A program made the position numbers and the translations under genes. A stretch of 64,000 bases of DNA from Cycas panzhihuaensis (Eukaryota; Plantae; Cycadophyta), in contig CM041465.1 in assembly GCA_023213395.1 (NCBI GenBank), forward strand, positions 173,731,741 to 173,795,740. The letters run 5' to 3'. The notes under the pieces are model-generated. The model was not told the origin of the DNA. It did no database searches and saw only the letters and a program-made list of their open reading frames with translations. This document shows, piece by piece, positions 25,115 to 39,000 of the stretch (position 1 is the stretch's first letter; each line of letters starts with the position of its first letter).

Positions 25115-26537
25115 CTTGAGGAATGTGGGGCCCACAGCTGGCTGCCAGGAACTAGAAAAAACAGCAGCCTTCTTCTTCACAGTGCCTTTTAAAAAAAACT
25201 CCAAAATGCTTGATCCTGCAAAAAAAACCTTCAAACAAACCTTGGATCGCCTTGGTCTGAAGGTCGTCACCAAAGGTTTGTTGCTTTCTTCAAAGAACTC
25301 CTTGAGCAAAAAAAGCAAGAGAACAGAGGAGCTAGTCTCCTCTTGCTCGATACCAAATGTGAAAAGAGGCTAGATGGCGTCAGCCCCTAGATCTAGAAAC
25401 TAGCATCACTCTAGTTCTAGTTGCGTAAATATAAACAAGTATAATAAACTCAAGGCAAAGAGAAAGCAAAGAGACAAAACTTGAATGAAGGAGCAAGAGA
25501 AAATGATACCCAATATGTGGAGTTGGAATTGGTCCAACCTCCCAAGAAGAAAGCAGTTTGATTAGCAACCGATAGCATAACAATACAACTCCAACTCTTG
25601 TGTGAGACAATGAGGAAAGGTCTCATTATATAGAGTGAAATGAGAGACCTAAGGCCTTGGATGTTTGACAAGTGTCAAACATCCAAGATACATGCCTTGC
25701 ATGTTGGACATGTGTCCTTTTGGGCTCTCATGTGAGCAAAAGTGCATGAGGGTCCATTTGACCCTTTAGTGACAACGTTGTGTCACTAGAAAGAATGTGG
25801 GTGTGCACTTTATCACTTAAGTGATAAGTCACCCCTAAAGTAAAAAGTGCATATATTACATGAAAAATAAAAGTACATTAACTTAACATTTAAACATAAG
25901 GTTTAACAAACCAATCATCAAAGATGTAACAAAACCCCTGACACTGACTTGTCATTCTGATCCTTGATAGCCTGATAGAGTAGAGGCAGAGTCATTTCGT
26001 GAAAAAATTACTTCGTTTGTCAAAAAAACAAATTTTTATGGGGAATGCCAACACTGCCCACGCTATTCTGTCAAATATTCCTTGGAGAACATTCCCTATT
26101 AAACTTTAGATAAAATATATTTTATGTTTTCTGAAGTTTAAGTGACATTAAATTAGATTGGGTTTGCTTTCAAGTCCAACACGAAACCCCATGCCCATTA
26201 ACTGCCAATTACATTGTGTTTTAGGAGCTAGTGTTATTTTTGGACAATCTGGAGTCATTTTTCGGAAAATAAATATACCACAATGCATGATTTTTCGAGG
26301 TATACAATTTCACAACTGTCATATGCAGCAATTTAGTACAAAATCTTGGTGAAAAATCCATTTTTTATGTTTTTAAACCTATTTTGACCACTTGCAAGTA
26401 GATTGAGGCAGGAAAATTAATCATACCAGCTACCTGTGTGTAGACCGATGATATCTATAGCTGTCTTATTTTATTTATGTGCTTGATTAGTTGTTTTCTA
26501 ATTATTTTTATCTTTATTTTTTTTTTTTTGGCTTAGA

Positions 26538-29500
26538 ATGGAATCTAGAGGAAGCATAATAGGAATTATCAAAGAGAAACTAACTGCTCCTTAAAATTAT
26601 ACAATCTAGAAATATCCAATGCAAAGTTTTGTTCATCTAAATGATCTTTGGAAATATGTAGATAATTCTGTAATGGAAAAGGATGCTACTGAAATCATGG
26701 AGTTCCAAAACAAGTTGAAGATTGGTGCTGACTTCAATATTGAGTATCAATCGAAAACGAGGATAACATTTGGATTTCTTAGCTTGTCTATAAGCGGCAA
26801 CATCATTTTAAGCATCAGGGACACTACTACACCGAAGTAGATGAGGGACACAGTCATAAACCTGTTTATACACAAGGACGACATGAGAGCCCTAAACCTG
26901 CAGAGTCAGTTGTACATAATGAAGATGATTAGAAACACACTGGATCTCATGAGGGATGTTAGATCAATTCATGATTAGTTGTTAACAATTGGGGAGATCA
27001 TTCCTAATTCAGAAATCATAGCTTCTGTGGTAAGGAGTCTAGCACTCCCATATAAGAATTTCACAACCACATTGACTATATCTGACAAATTATCCACTCT
27101 AACAATTGGATCTTTGGAATCATTGCTTATGGAACATTAGCAGAAATTGAAAAACATGCACGATGAATGTTCTAGAGTACTACCATCAAAATCTAAAGGT
27201 AAATAGGCTTATATTCTAAAGAAGAATGCACCTTCTGAAACTACAGTTCAAAAGGCCAAACCAAGAGCATCTGAAGGACAGTATAGGCCAAAATATTATC
27301 ATTGTGGGAAGTTAGGCCAATCAAAAAGGACTGTTGGGTATGGCAATGACAGCAGCACTCTCAATAGCCTCCAAATCAACTCCAACAACAAAAGTAGTAG
27401 CAATGATAACAACGACCAACTAAACAACATGATCATGTGAAGGACTCAGTTGAAGAGACATTTAATACAATCATAACACAATTGTTTGTTTCCACATACG
27501 AAATGGGTTCTGTTGCACTCGACATAAAGTTCATTGATTCAAGTGCATCAAAACAAATGATAGGAAGGTTCGAATGGTCCAACGACATGTGGTCGGTGAA
27601 CTAAAAAGTAACAATTGGGAACGACACCGAGTTGGGTGTGATTGGAATTGGAAAAGTTCCATTTACTCTACCAAATGGTGATAAACGACATTTGAAAAAT
27701 GTATTGTACATACCAAATCTTAAAGTGATTCTTGTTTCAATTGGTGAAATTGAATAACAAGATATGATTGTAACGTTTGTTCAAGAATAGTGTGAATTTT
27801 TAGGCAAACAGAACAAGGTTGTAGCCATAGGAGTAGGAGAGAATAATATGTACAAATTACAAGGATACTCTTATGTATGAAGAGCATTCCTTGTTGTATC
27901 ACCTAAACGAAAAAATTATGGCATGAAAGAATGGATCTTTTGAACTAGTCCAAACTCCAATTAATGTATAAATTGAAAATGGTGCATGGTCTACCTTTGA
28001 TTAACTACAAAAGTTGTTTATGTGAACCATGTATTTTTGGTAAATAGCACACAAAACCATTTCCAAAAGAGAAAGCGTGGAGAGCAAAGGAAAAATTCAG
28101 ATTGGTACACTCTAACATTTGTGGACCAATACATGTTGTCTCACTAGGTGGAGTGAGATATTTCATCACTTTCATCGACGACTTTTCAAATAAAGTTTGA
28201 AATTTTCCACTAAGGGAAAATTTTCAAGCCTTCACTTATTTCAAACAATTTAAGAACCTTATTGAAAATGAAAGTGGACATAAGATCAAAGTCCTGTGAA
28301 CTGATAATGGTGGAGAGTACACATCAAATGAAATTAACCAGTTCTGCAAGGATTACAGAATTAAGAAGCAATTTGCAATTGCCTATACACCTCAACAAAA
28401 TGGAGTTGTTGAACGGATGAACAAAACTTTAGTTGAAAAAGCCAAACCAATGATGAAAGACAAAGGATATAACAGATTTCTTATGGCCAGAAACTGTGAA
28501 CACAGCAACATATCCAACAAACGAAAACACTACAAGGATTGTGAGAAACATAACCCCTAGGGAAGTTTGGTAAGGTAAGAAACCAACTATAAGTCATCTA
28601 AGAATCTTTGGATGTAACGCATGCATGCGTATTCCAAAGGAAAAGAGACGAATGTTGGATGACAAAAGTACAAAGTGCATCCTTGTTGGATACTCTGAAG
28701 AAAGTAAAGCGTACAGAGTATACGAGTCGTCGACTCAAAAAGTTCATACAACTCGTGATGTTATTTTTCAAGAAAATGAGACTTAGGTTGTTGGTCTTTT
28801 GGAAAAATGCGACCTTTTGAACAAAAGAGCATAGCTCTTATGGCACGTGTATTGGACTCAAGTAAACCATCAACAATTGAAGAAGTAATCAAAGAGCAAA
28901 AGTGGAATGAAGCTATGGAATCTGAAATCCAAGCTGTTAGGAAGAACCACACACGAGATTTGGTCAAATTGCCTATAGGCAAGTATGCAATTGGATGCAA
29001 ATGGATCTATAGGAAAAAGTTCAAATCAGACAGATCTGTAGATAAATACAAAGCTCAACTTGTAGTGAAAGGCTTCAAACAACTAGAAAGGATCGACTAC
29101 CAAGAAACATTTGCTCCTCTTGCAAAGACAAATATCATTCGAATCATTATGGCAATAGCTGCACAATTTAATTGGCAACTACACCAATTGGATGTGAAAA
29201 GCATGTTTTTGAACGGGAATTTAAATGAAAAAGTCTATATGAAACAACCACATGGCTTTGTTGAAAACGGTCAAGAGCACTTAATATGCCGACTCAGAAA
29301 TGCCTTGTGCAACCTAAAATAGACTCCTAGAGCCTGGTATGAAAAGATTGACTAGTACTTTCTAAAAAATGGATTTGAGAGATCTTCAACTGACTCAAAT
29401 CTATACATAAAAGAAGAAAATGATAATATCATGTTTATGGTGTTGTACATTGACGATCTACTAATCACAGGTAATGATATCACAATGATATCAAATTTGA

Positions 29501-30390
29501 AAGCAGATCTTAGCCATTTCTTTAAAATGATAGATCTTGGAATTCTACACTACTTCCTTGGTATGGAACTATGACAAAAGCCTGAACATGTTTTCATCTC
29601 ACAAACAAAATACACCTGGAAAATTCTAAAGAAATTCAAAATTGATGATTATAAACCTACACCTATCCCCATGGAGACAGGCTCTTAATTAACAACTGAA
29701 AATGGTGGAGCAGACGTTGATTCAACATTGTATAGACAACTGGTAAGAAGTCTAATAAACTTGATTACTACCAAACCTAATATATCTTTTGCAGTCAGAA
29801 TAGTATCTAGATTTATGGCAACACCAAGAGAAAGTCACTGGAAAGCTGCAAAAAGAATCCTCAAATACTTAAAAGGTACACTTCAATATGGACTCAAATT
29901 CAATCATAATGATAAGTTCAAATTGACAAGATTTACAAATTCTAATTGGGTTGGATGTGCAAATAGCAGAAGGTCAACTTCTAGATATTGTTTTAGTTTG
30001 GGATCAATTATCGTCACATGGAGTAGTAAAAAGTTTGCTTTATCCTCTATTGAAACACAATACAAGGCTACAGTTGCAACAACTATTAAAGCCATTTGGT
30101 TACGACAGATTCTGAAGGACATGGAACAACTGCAATTGAAACCATCTTGTACTGTGACAATTAGAATACTTTGAAGATCGCAAAAAATCATTTGAACCAC
30201 GCTCGCACGAAATACATAGAGGTGCACCATCACTTTATTTGAGAATTGGTTTAAAAAGGTATAATAGAGATAATGTACAGGCCAACAAAAGAACAGTTGG
30301 CTAACATCTTTACCAAACCACTAGAATGTGAAAATTTTCAAACTTTTCAAGACGGTTTAGATGTCAAAAAAAATGAAATAAGCATTAAGG
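26538..30390 (+). pseudogene. Element H gag-pol (GAG-PR-INT-RT-RNase H), many stops
   Basis: Copia motifs in order: zinc knuckle, IDSSAS protease, TDNGGEY/TPQQNG integrase, QLDVKS and LYIDDLL RT, KYIEVHHHF RNase H. Confidence 0.9.
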
Positions 30391-33060
30391 GGTGTGTTGA
30401 TAGTAATGTTTATTCATGGCCCATAACATAGGTTATAAGCCTCCCCTTAAAATCTTGTAATATATTAGACTCTAGGATTATTTAATTGATTTGAGAGTCA
30501 TCAGGGGTTACAACTCTCACATCTCATGTGTCACCTAGTTAATGATTATATTCCTTTTAGAACTTGTATTTATGCACATACAATGCACAGTTGAAGTTAA
30601 TGAAAGATGATTTTACTTTAAGATTGTATCACTAATGTGAATGGAAGTTTTATGTTAAATTGATAGTTAATACTGTAAAGTTAGATCTCCATTCCTGTTA
30701 AATTTAATTTTTAACAATTTACATAATACCCTTGTCTATTTCATATTGTTGCATGCCTAATTATGTAAAGTTAACTTTTAGAAGAATAAAAAGTTGTTGC
30801 ATGCCTAGATATTAATGTGAAGCCAATTTTTTAAGGAGAGAGAATAAGAAGTCAATTTTTCTAGAGAGAGATTAATTAGCCCCCAACCTAGGGCTATAAA
30901 TAGGGGAGTATTATTCATTTGTAAGCATCTCGGAAAATTATTATATGATCTAAAAATAATGTACTAGGACCATCAGGGCACTATTGTGCCATTGGGAGCA
31001 AAACCTTGTCTCGAAGAGGGCAATTTACTACTAATATTTCATCTGATTATTATATTATTCATCGCTATATATTTAGCATTATTTTGAATGACTATGGAAA
31101 TCTGAATGTAATTTATGTTGAGATACTATATTTTGGAGTATTTATGGTGTAATTGCTTTATTTGTTATCATCACTCTGTGGGCACGCCACAATTGGTATC
31201 AGAGCTAGAAGACTACCATATGTAGGAACATATTGAATTGGCCATTTATGAAATCTAAGGGTAAAATTAGAGCCATTTGAGCTTGTATTGCTCTCTAGTG
31301 AAGCATGTACCTAGAGTCAAAATTTAGGCCAGCTTTTGACCTAGGTTCGAAGTGTTGCTTTCTTTCAAAAAAAAAAAAAGGTGTTTTATATCCATGTATT
31401 ATTAATCAGTCTACGAATCAACCATTGCCACCATAGAGGAATTTTCCAGATTGAAGGATTCTGTCTACTGTGTGGGAGGAGCTATTTGTCCAACTCGATA
31501 TTGCAGGCCATGAGAGTCCATAGTATGGAAACATATCTACATATACCTCCAGAACTAAGAAGGTTAATGCCATGACAGGCACATGCAAGAAGTCCACAAG
31601 ACCTGAGCATCGCAAATTCTATGGCAAAGCAAATCTGAACATCTGTGATTATCTGCTATGATCCTAGTGGCAAACTAGCAAGCACACAACGTGTGACAGT
31701 TGACAGGCTATGATCCTTGTAGACACGCTATGTGTGACAATCGACAAGCTTCAAGCTTCGAGGGCAAAAAGTGGGTAGGGTGTATCCTAGGAGTTGAACT
31801 ATCAGCTTATCAGGATCCCGATCCACGCTTACTACAATCTCAATAAGGGTGTCCACAGTTGTACCCCCTGTAAAAACGACAAAGGAGAGGCAATATTAGA
31901 AAGAACATTATCCAAGAGAAATTCTTGTTAAATTAAAGTATGTTGGATTTGTGCAGTTCGCCAACCTTTAATTGCTAGTAGACAGGCATATGAGGGGATT
32001 TCATGTGACCAGGTTTGAAGAAAGAAGAGGGCTAAACCCTTAAGCTTTTTATTTTTAGCTTTTCCTTCTTTTTTTTTTTCAGCTTTAGTTTCCAAAAGGG
32101 GTACCTTTGCATTTTTTGCCATGACTTCTATAGAGGTGTCAAATTTTAGTTTTGTCTAAATCGTTGGAATCTTGGTTTAGAGGCCTTCATTTTGAATGGT
32201 CATAATGCACTATTTGGATTAGTTTTGATGTAGATTTTAACCTATGAAGTTGTAGCCCTTGTTGACAACAGGAGAAAACAAATATGGAGTTAGAATTTTT
32301 CGATCCCAATAAAGATGCAAATGTGACACAATGGCTACAACTTGTTGAAACACTGTGTGATTACACAACAGATACAAAAATCAAAGATTATAGATTGTGC
32401 ATTGAACTTCTCTTGACAAGAAAAGCTCTTGATTGGTTCATTGCTTGGTCTAACAAACCAAAATTATTTAGTAACTAATCATGGTTTAAGGTGATGTTAA
32501 CAGTCACATCTGACAAGTGGAATTCACATAAGCATATTCAAACTAGCCCAACGTACATATAGGAACAAAGAGACAACTCCACAAATGAGGAATGAGAAAG
32601 CCCACTTACGATAAAGATGAAGAAAAAGTAGAATCTAATTGTATATAGTGCGAGGAAGAATCAAGCAACAAAGAATTTGCAGATCAACAGGAAGAAGAAG
32701 ACGAACGTATACAAAAGCATCTTGTATACTTGAAGGCACAATCCAAGCAAGATTTGGGGGAGAAAGAAGATCCCAACCAATGCTATAAAGAAGAGCCCAA
32801 GCAACTAGATGGAGACTCCAACTAGCCAAACGACAACAACAAGATACTAGACATGGTTCCTAATCCTCTTTTGCATATGTTTGTTTCTTTTGGTAATTTT
32901 GTTTTCCTCTTAATATCCCTTGTAGCATAGCCATAAAGAATTCCTACTCCCATTATCCCATAGTTATCCAAGCTCCTAAACTCCAAATTCTTCATAGGAC
33001 AAATCCTAATCCCTCTTCACAACCATAGATCACTTCACCACTCACACACTTGTTCATGCT

Positions 33061-36000
33061 TGCAGCGTTCCCAAAATAAAGAAGAAGTCAATTTTCTATA
33101 GAGAGAATTAGTATTAGCAAGTTAGTTTTTAAGAAGATTATCATTTAATATCTTTTATCATGAAGTTGTTTTTTTAGAGACAGAGTTAGGAATTGGTTTT
33201 TTAGAGAGAAAATAAAAACTATAAATAGAAAAGCCTTGATCATTTGTAAAACATCTTGGAGAATTTGTTGTACTTGAAATAATGGCCTCACGCCATTAGA
33301 GCACATCCGTGCCAAATTAGAGGATCACTATCGCCTAGAAGAGGGTTACAACAATTGGATATTGCACCAAGTTCTGCTATTCTGATATTATTATTTATTA
33401 CTTCAATTTCTGCTATTATTTATCAATGTATGGATGTTATACTACATGGATAGATGAACTATGTTTGCTGAGTGATACTTTATGAGGATACACTATTGTA
33501 AATGTAGGATATTTGTTGTGCATATCTGTGAATATTATCACCATCTACTGGAAATACTATCTTTGTCTGGTGTTTGAAAAGTGGCGCTACTATAAGTGGT
33601 ATCAAAGCTTCATTTTTTAAAGTATAAACGAAAGAATTTCGAAAAAATAATCCCAAATTTGATTTGACCAGGCCTATTATGTAAGTTTTGAATGGTTATA
33701 CAAAACAAGTTTTGGAGCGAAGTTACGAAAATCATTGGAAATATAATTTCTGCCTACAGTTTGTCGTTGCTTTTAGGACCTAAAAATCTACTACTGTAAC
33801 TTCAAACAGCGATAACTTTCGCTACAGGTATCCAATTGACCTCAATTTTTTTTGAATCTGTGTCTCGATGTCTACTTTCTGTTGGAAGCGATTTTAGATC
33901 CATTAGATATTGGAGCAAAAAGTTATCAGCATTTTAGTAATAGGTACTACTGCAGTCCCCATAAATCTTAATTGTGACCCACATAAAAAGGGCCATAACT
34001 ATTGCTACAATTATCCAAACGACCTCAAATCTTTTTGAATTGGCATGGCTTGAAGCATAGATTGTTTAGAAGAAATATTTTTTCAATTTGGAGATCAAGT
34101 TCAAAAGTTATTGCTATTTTAGTGGAGGGTACAACCGTTGCCCAAAAATTAAGATTTTTTATCCAACTTGCAAGGGCCATTATAGTGGCTACAAAGCTCC
34201 AAATCACCTCAAACCAAGCCCATTAGAGACATTTTGAAGTCCTTTCGATTCAAGAAAAGGAGTCACTCAACTTGGGTCAGTGAAGACAATGTTATGTCAT
34301 TTTTGTTTTGTTTTTAAAAAGGGAGGGGTACCTAGATGTTTTTGTCTATAACATGAGCTATAGGTACCAAATTGAAGTGCCATCTAAACCATTGCAATTG
34401 TTAGGATTTGTGTATATACAAGCTACAGGTTGGGTGTTAAACCAGCCAGAGGCGAGGACTGTTACACACCAAGAACATGCACAAGGAAGACTTGAACACT
34501 AGATTTATCGTGAAAATCTCTCGAGAGAGAAAACCCACCAACACAATGTTTATTATATTAAAATATTAAAACAACACAATGTTCAATGGTGAGATGGAAT
34601 ATGAGTAGATATGATGAGATTACATTGATCCAAGTTGATTAGTTGGAATACCAAGGTGGTACATATAAATACACTCCAAAATGGTATCGTAATCCTTCGC
34701 ATATGGACACGACTCTTCATCGTACCTGTTCATATAGAGACACGAACCTCCATCGCACCTGCTTATGACAACTATCCCCTTATGAAGCATTAAGTATATA
34801 GTTAAACTAAGTTAATTATCGCTAATGCGAATAGGGGATGAAGCAAAATTAACTGTTTCATTAGTCAGGAGATCTGTCCTTGTAGACTAATCCCCCCTCA
34901 AGGATGATCTTCTTGAGTGCTGACTCGTGACATTTATCCAATAGCTCGTGAATCGGTTCACAACCTAGTTAGTGGTCGAAGAAGACTGCACTTGAAACTT
35001 GCTTTCATCAAACACCTCTTAAACAATCGACTGGTATCTTCCTTCCAATGTCAATACTTGATCTTGTAAGTACTCTTCCCCTAAACTAAGAGTTTCTTTC
35101 ACAAGTTGTAATGTTTCATCAACCAAAGACGAGTCCAAATCGAGCATGGGGCATGCACCTTTAGCGCAATTCAATTGGCACAGTAGTTTATCCTATCCTT
35201 CCTTAATGACTTCAAAGGTTTGCACTTGATATAATCTCCTCAAGTCTAGGTTAAGAAATGTAGGTTGGATATAATTTTGATATAACACTCCACCAAGTGT
35301 AGCTGTGATATTTGACCTGTTTACTAGCTTCTAAACAATGGGTGCAATCATTGTCTCAGGGTCAATTTGAATAGAAGGAATATTTTCATGTAAAAAATAT
35401 GTCCTCCTCCATAGCTGCTCTCCAAGAAGAAATCATTTGCCATAATGAATCAAGAATGTGGGAGTGGATGACTTTTTTCATTTGAAGTCAACTAGTAGTT
35501 CGAGTTTCAATCAGCCTTTTTGTTACATCGTCAATTATGGCCAACAATGACTTGGAGGAAGTTGCCAACTCCTCAATGAGTAACTGGTGTTTTTTATTAC
35601 CTTTGGCTTCATCTTCCTCTTGGAGCTCGACCTTTGCATGATTAGGAGATGTTGTGAAGGGGTGGTAACAAACATCTAATAGTAGAGGCTTATCAAACTA
35701 GGATGTTGATGCTTCGTTAATCTTTATATCCTGACAATGAAGAAACTTCTGCATCATTAGATCCCATAGTCTATATGTATGACCGTTTCCATAGTATCTC
35801 GCAAAAGCACCTTTGCAACTATGGTTAGATTTCTTCAACTATCTGTTAGAGATTAGTGCATTTGCAATGCACTCGAAGATTTTTATTTTTTCAATTAAAG
35901 GCTATCGACTAGTCCATTTTTCATATGGCATCACAATTTGAACTGCAGAGGTTGGAATCCAATTCACAATGTGAACAACAATTCTCATAGCTTCTATCCC

Positions 36001-39000
36001 AAAATTGCATGGCATATATCGTTTTTGCACCCTTCACAACGCTAGGTCGATAAGGTATTAGCTTTCTGTGTGGCAACTCCATCATGTGGGACTAGCTCAA
36101 TACCATGATTAGAACAGAACATAGAAATGCGATTGTCGTAGGCTTTTCCACTATTACTCCTTAACAATTCTATTTGATTTTCACATATCTTTTCAACTGT
36201 CACTCTAGATTGTTTCACTTCTTACTTACCTTTGGGAAAGTATACCTAGCTATCCAGAGTAAAAAGAAGATTGTGATTCATTCTAGATGTATACCACACC
36301 TTCTCAAGACAACCACCTTTCACAGTGAATGTTTTAGTATTTTTTATTGGTACCACACCAGCATTATCAAGTATGATGTCTGTTTGGCCAAGATTTTGGT
36401 TTAACACATCAAAACTTTGCTTACTAGGAGAGATATAATGTTGTGCGCCTGAGTCAGTCATCGAATACTCCTTTGATCTGGCAACATTCGAGTTGATACT
36501 CGCACACAATAAGTTGCAATCTTCTTCTCCCCATTGGCCTGTCTTAACTTCTTTTTCCTCACCCAGCGGTCCTTTTTCTTGTGGCCCATCCTTTTACAAT
36601 AGGTACATGAACCATTATATTTCTTCTTCTTCCCTTTATTGGTACCCTCTTCATGTAAACTTTTATCCCTATCCTCATCCTCATTTTTCTGAAATTTTAA
36701 GGATAGGGCATCACTAGTATCAATAGAACCCACAAACTCATTATGTTTAAGCATAGCTTCCTCTACAAGAAGAAGCTCCTTTAACCTCTGACACGAGGTA
36801 AATTGCAACATCTCGTCAACACTATACACAGGTTCAAAGGTGTTGTAGGCTCTTGGCAACTTGTTCATGACAATTGTGAACAGGATTGTATCACTAATCA
36901 AGTCTTCTTCTATTCCCTCTAGCTTATTCTTGATATTAGTCGACTTATTCAAATAGGTGTTGATATTGCTCTCATCCTCAATGCTACAAGAGTTGAACAA
37001 TTCACCCAGCAAGACAACCAAACGGATTGTCTTCTTCTTTTCAAACATGTCACATAGGGTCTTCCAAATGTCATGTGGCATATTCAACTTGTGGACAAGT
37101 GCCCTCTAATCTGGGACAAGCGAGAGCTTCGGTAGACTAGTGGCATGAATCTACTTTCTTCATGTGAGTTTATCTGGTTCAATTGGTAGACTAGTGGCAT
37201 GAATCTACTTTCTTCATGTGAGTTTATCTGGTTCAACGTCAGGTTCCCCTTCTTTTTTCTTGGGTGGAGCCTCGTAGGTTAGGTCCCAAAGCTCCTGAAC
37301 AATCAACACGAGTTCTATGTTGGACTTCCACTACTTGAAATTGGTGTCGTCAAATATCACTTCTGGCAATAACATAGTTTTGACGTCCATGTCTGCAGAC
37401 ACTTCAAATTTGCTTCCACTTGATTGCTAAACATGATTATAAATCTTAATTCGTAATGATTATCACTTTATGAAGCCTAAATCGCTGCTTCCTATACCAC
37501 TTTATTGAAAAACAGATGTATGTACCATGCATTTTTCACAAAGAATATGCTTTTTAACATCAATCAAAGATATTAATATATTAAAAGGATCTTTTAACAC
37601 TATAAACTTCTTGACGAATGCAATATGATCTAAAAGCTAGACGTTGTGTGTTGTTGTGTCGATTCTGGGTGGAGTAACTCCGAATAACTATTGAAAAAAT
37701 GCTTTAAAAAGCTTAATTTATCACTTTATTCAAAAGTTTTAAACATATATTAAAAATAAAACATTCAAAAAAAAATGTTCCTTTTAATGACGGTTCCCAA
37801 AAGTCATGCAATTTATTTTATTAACTCGTGTGCTTTAAAAAAGTATTAAAACATCACCTTATACATTGAAGTATATTCTAATGTTTATTTCATCCATGTA
37901 GTATCTTCTTATTTCTATTTTTACGTAGAATGCTCAACGACAACGGCTCTTCTGCATACGCGACTTATTTCGCACAGCGGCGACTTATTTACTGCTAAAT
38001 TTTGACATTGTGCACTACACGATACGATGCCCAATGTCTTCAAATCTTGCCCAGCATTGGTTTATGATAGTGAATCTTAGCCCAACGTCATTGTATAGCT
38101 TTAGTCGATGCCCAGCGTCGTCGTATAACTTCCAATGTTGGTGCAACTAGCATATAAAGTGCCTAATGCAATTTGGCAACTTCGAATGGCCTCTTTTCTC
38201 AGTGCCAACACGATCTATGGATCTCCAATTTTCAAGTTTAACTGGTTTCCAATCTCAAATATGAGTTCTAACGTTATTCCTTGCTTTTCTCAGGCTCTGA
38301 TACCATGTTAGGATTTATGTACATGTACGCTATAGGTTCTGTGTCAAACCAACCAAAGATAGGGACTGTTACACGCCAAGAACATGCACAAGGAAGAATC
38401 GAAGACCAAATTTATTGTGGGAAACTCTTGAGAGAAAAAACCTGCCAGCACAATGTTTATTATATTAAAATATTAAAACAACACAGTGTTCAATGGTGAG
38501 ATGGAATATGAATAGATATGATGAGATTACATTGATCCAAGTTGATTGGTTGGAATACCAAGAGGGTACGTATAAATACACCCTAAAATGGTGTTGTAAC
38601 CCTTTGCGTATGGACACGACCCTTCATCATATATATTTGTATAGAGACACATCCCTCTGTCGTACCTGCTCGTGCTAATCATCCCATAATAAAGCATTCA
38701 ATATATAGTTAAACTAAGTTAACTATCGCTAATAGGAATCCTAGTTTAGAGATGATCATTTCAAGTGGTCATGTGTGATAATTTTGACCAGTGGATGATA
38801 TAGATTTTAATCATTGAAGTGCAGCCTTCATTGACAAAGGAAAAAAAATAATGGAGATAGATGTTTTTAATCAAGAGGAATTCGATGGCCTGATGAAATC
38901 ACTAGAAATAATTGAGATCAATCATAAATTCACGAACGATACAAAAATTGGAAAATATGAACCAAACTTAGAAATGTTACTAGATGGAAGAGTTCATGAT

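Larger units (their letters stand above)
18864..25908 (-). mobile_element. Element A: young full-length Ty1/copia retrotransposon, 7.0 kb
   Basis: Near-identical LTRs 18864-19416 and 25358-25908 (TG...CA), TSD AACCA, iMet-type PBS 25345-25355, PPT at 19417. Confidence 0.96.
17003..30723 (+). mobile_element. Element H: full-length but decayed Ty1/copia retrotransposon; hosts element A in its leader
   Basis: LTRs 17003-17337 and 30395-30723, TSD TAATA, decayed iMet PBS TGTTATCAAAGC at 17338, PPT before 30395. Confidence 0.9.

Noticed and set aside
24596-25318. 240-aa ORF with FSAIKSAV repeats
   Set aside because: Translation of the minisatellite; 22/23-bp units do not preserve frame and there is no counterpart in sister element B
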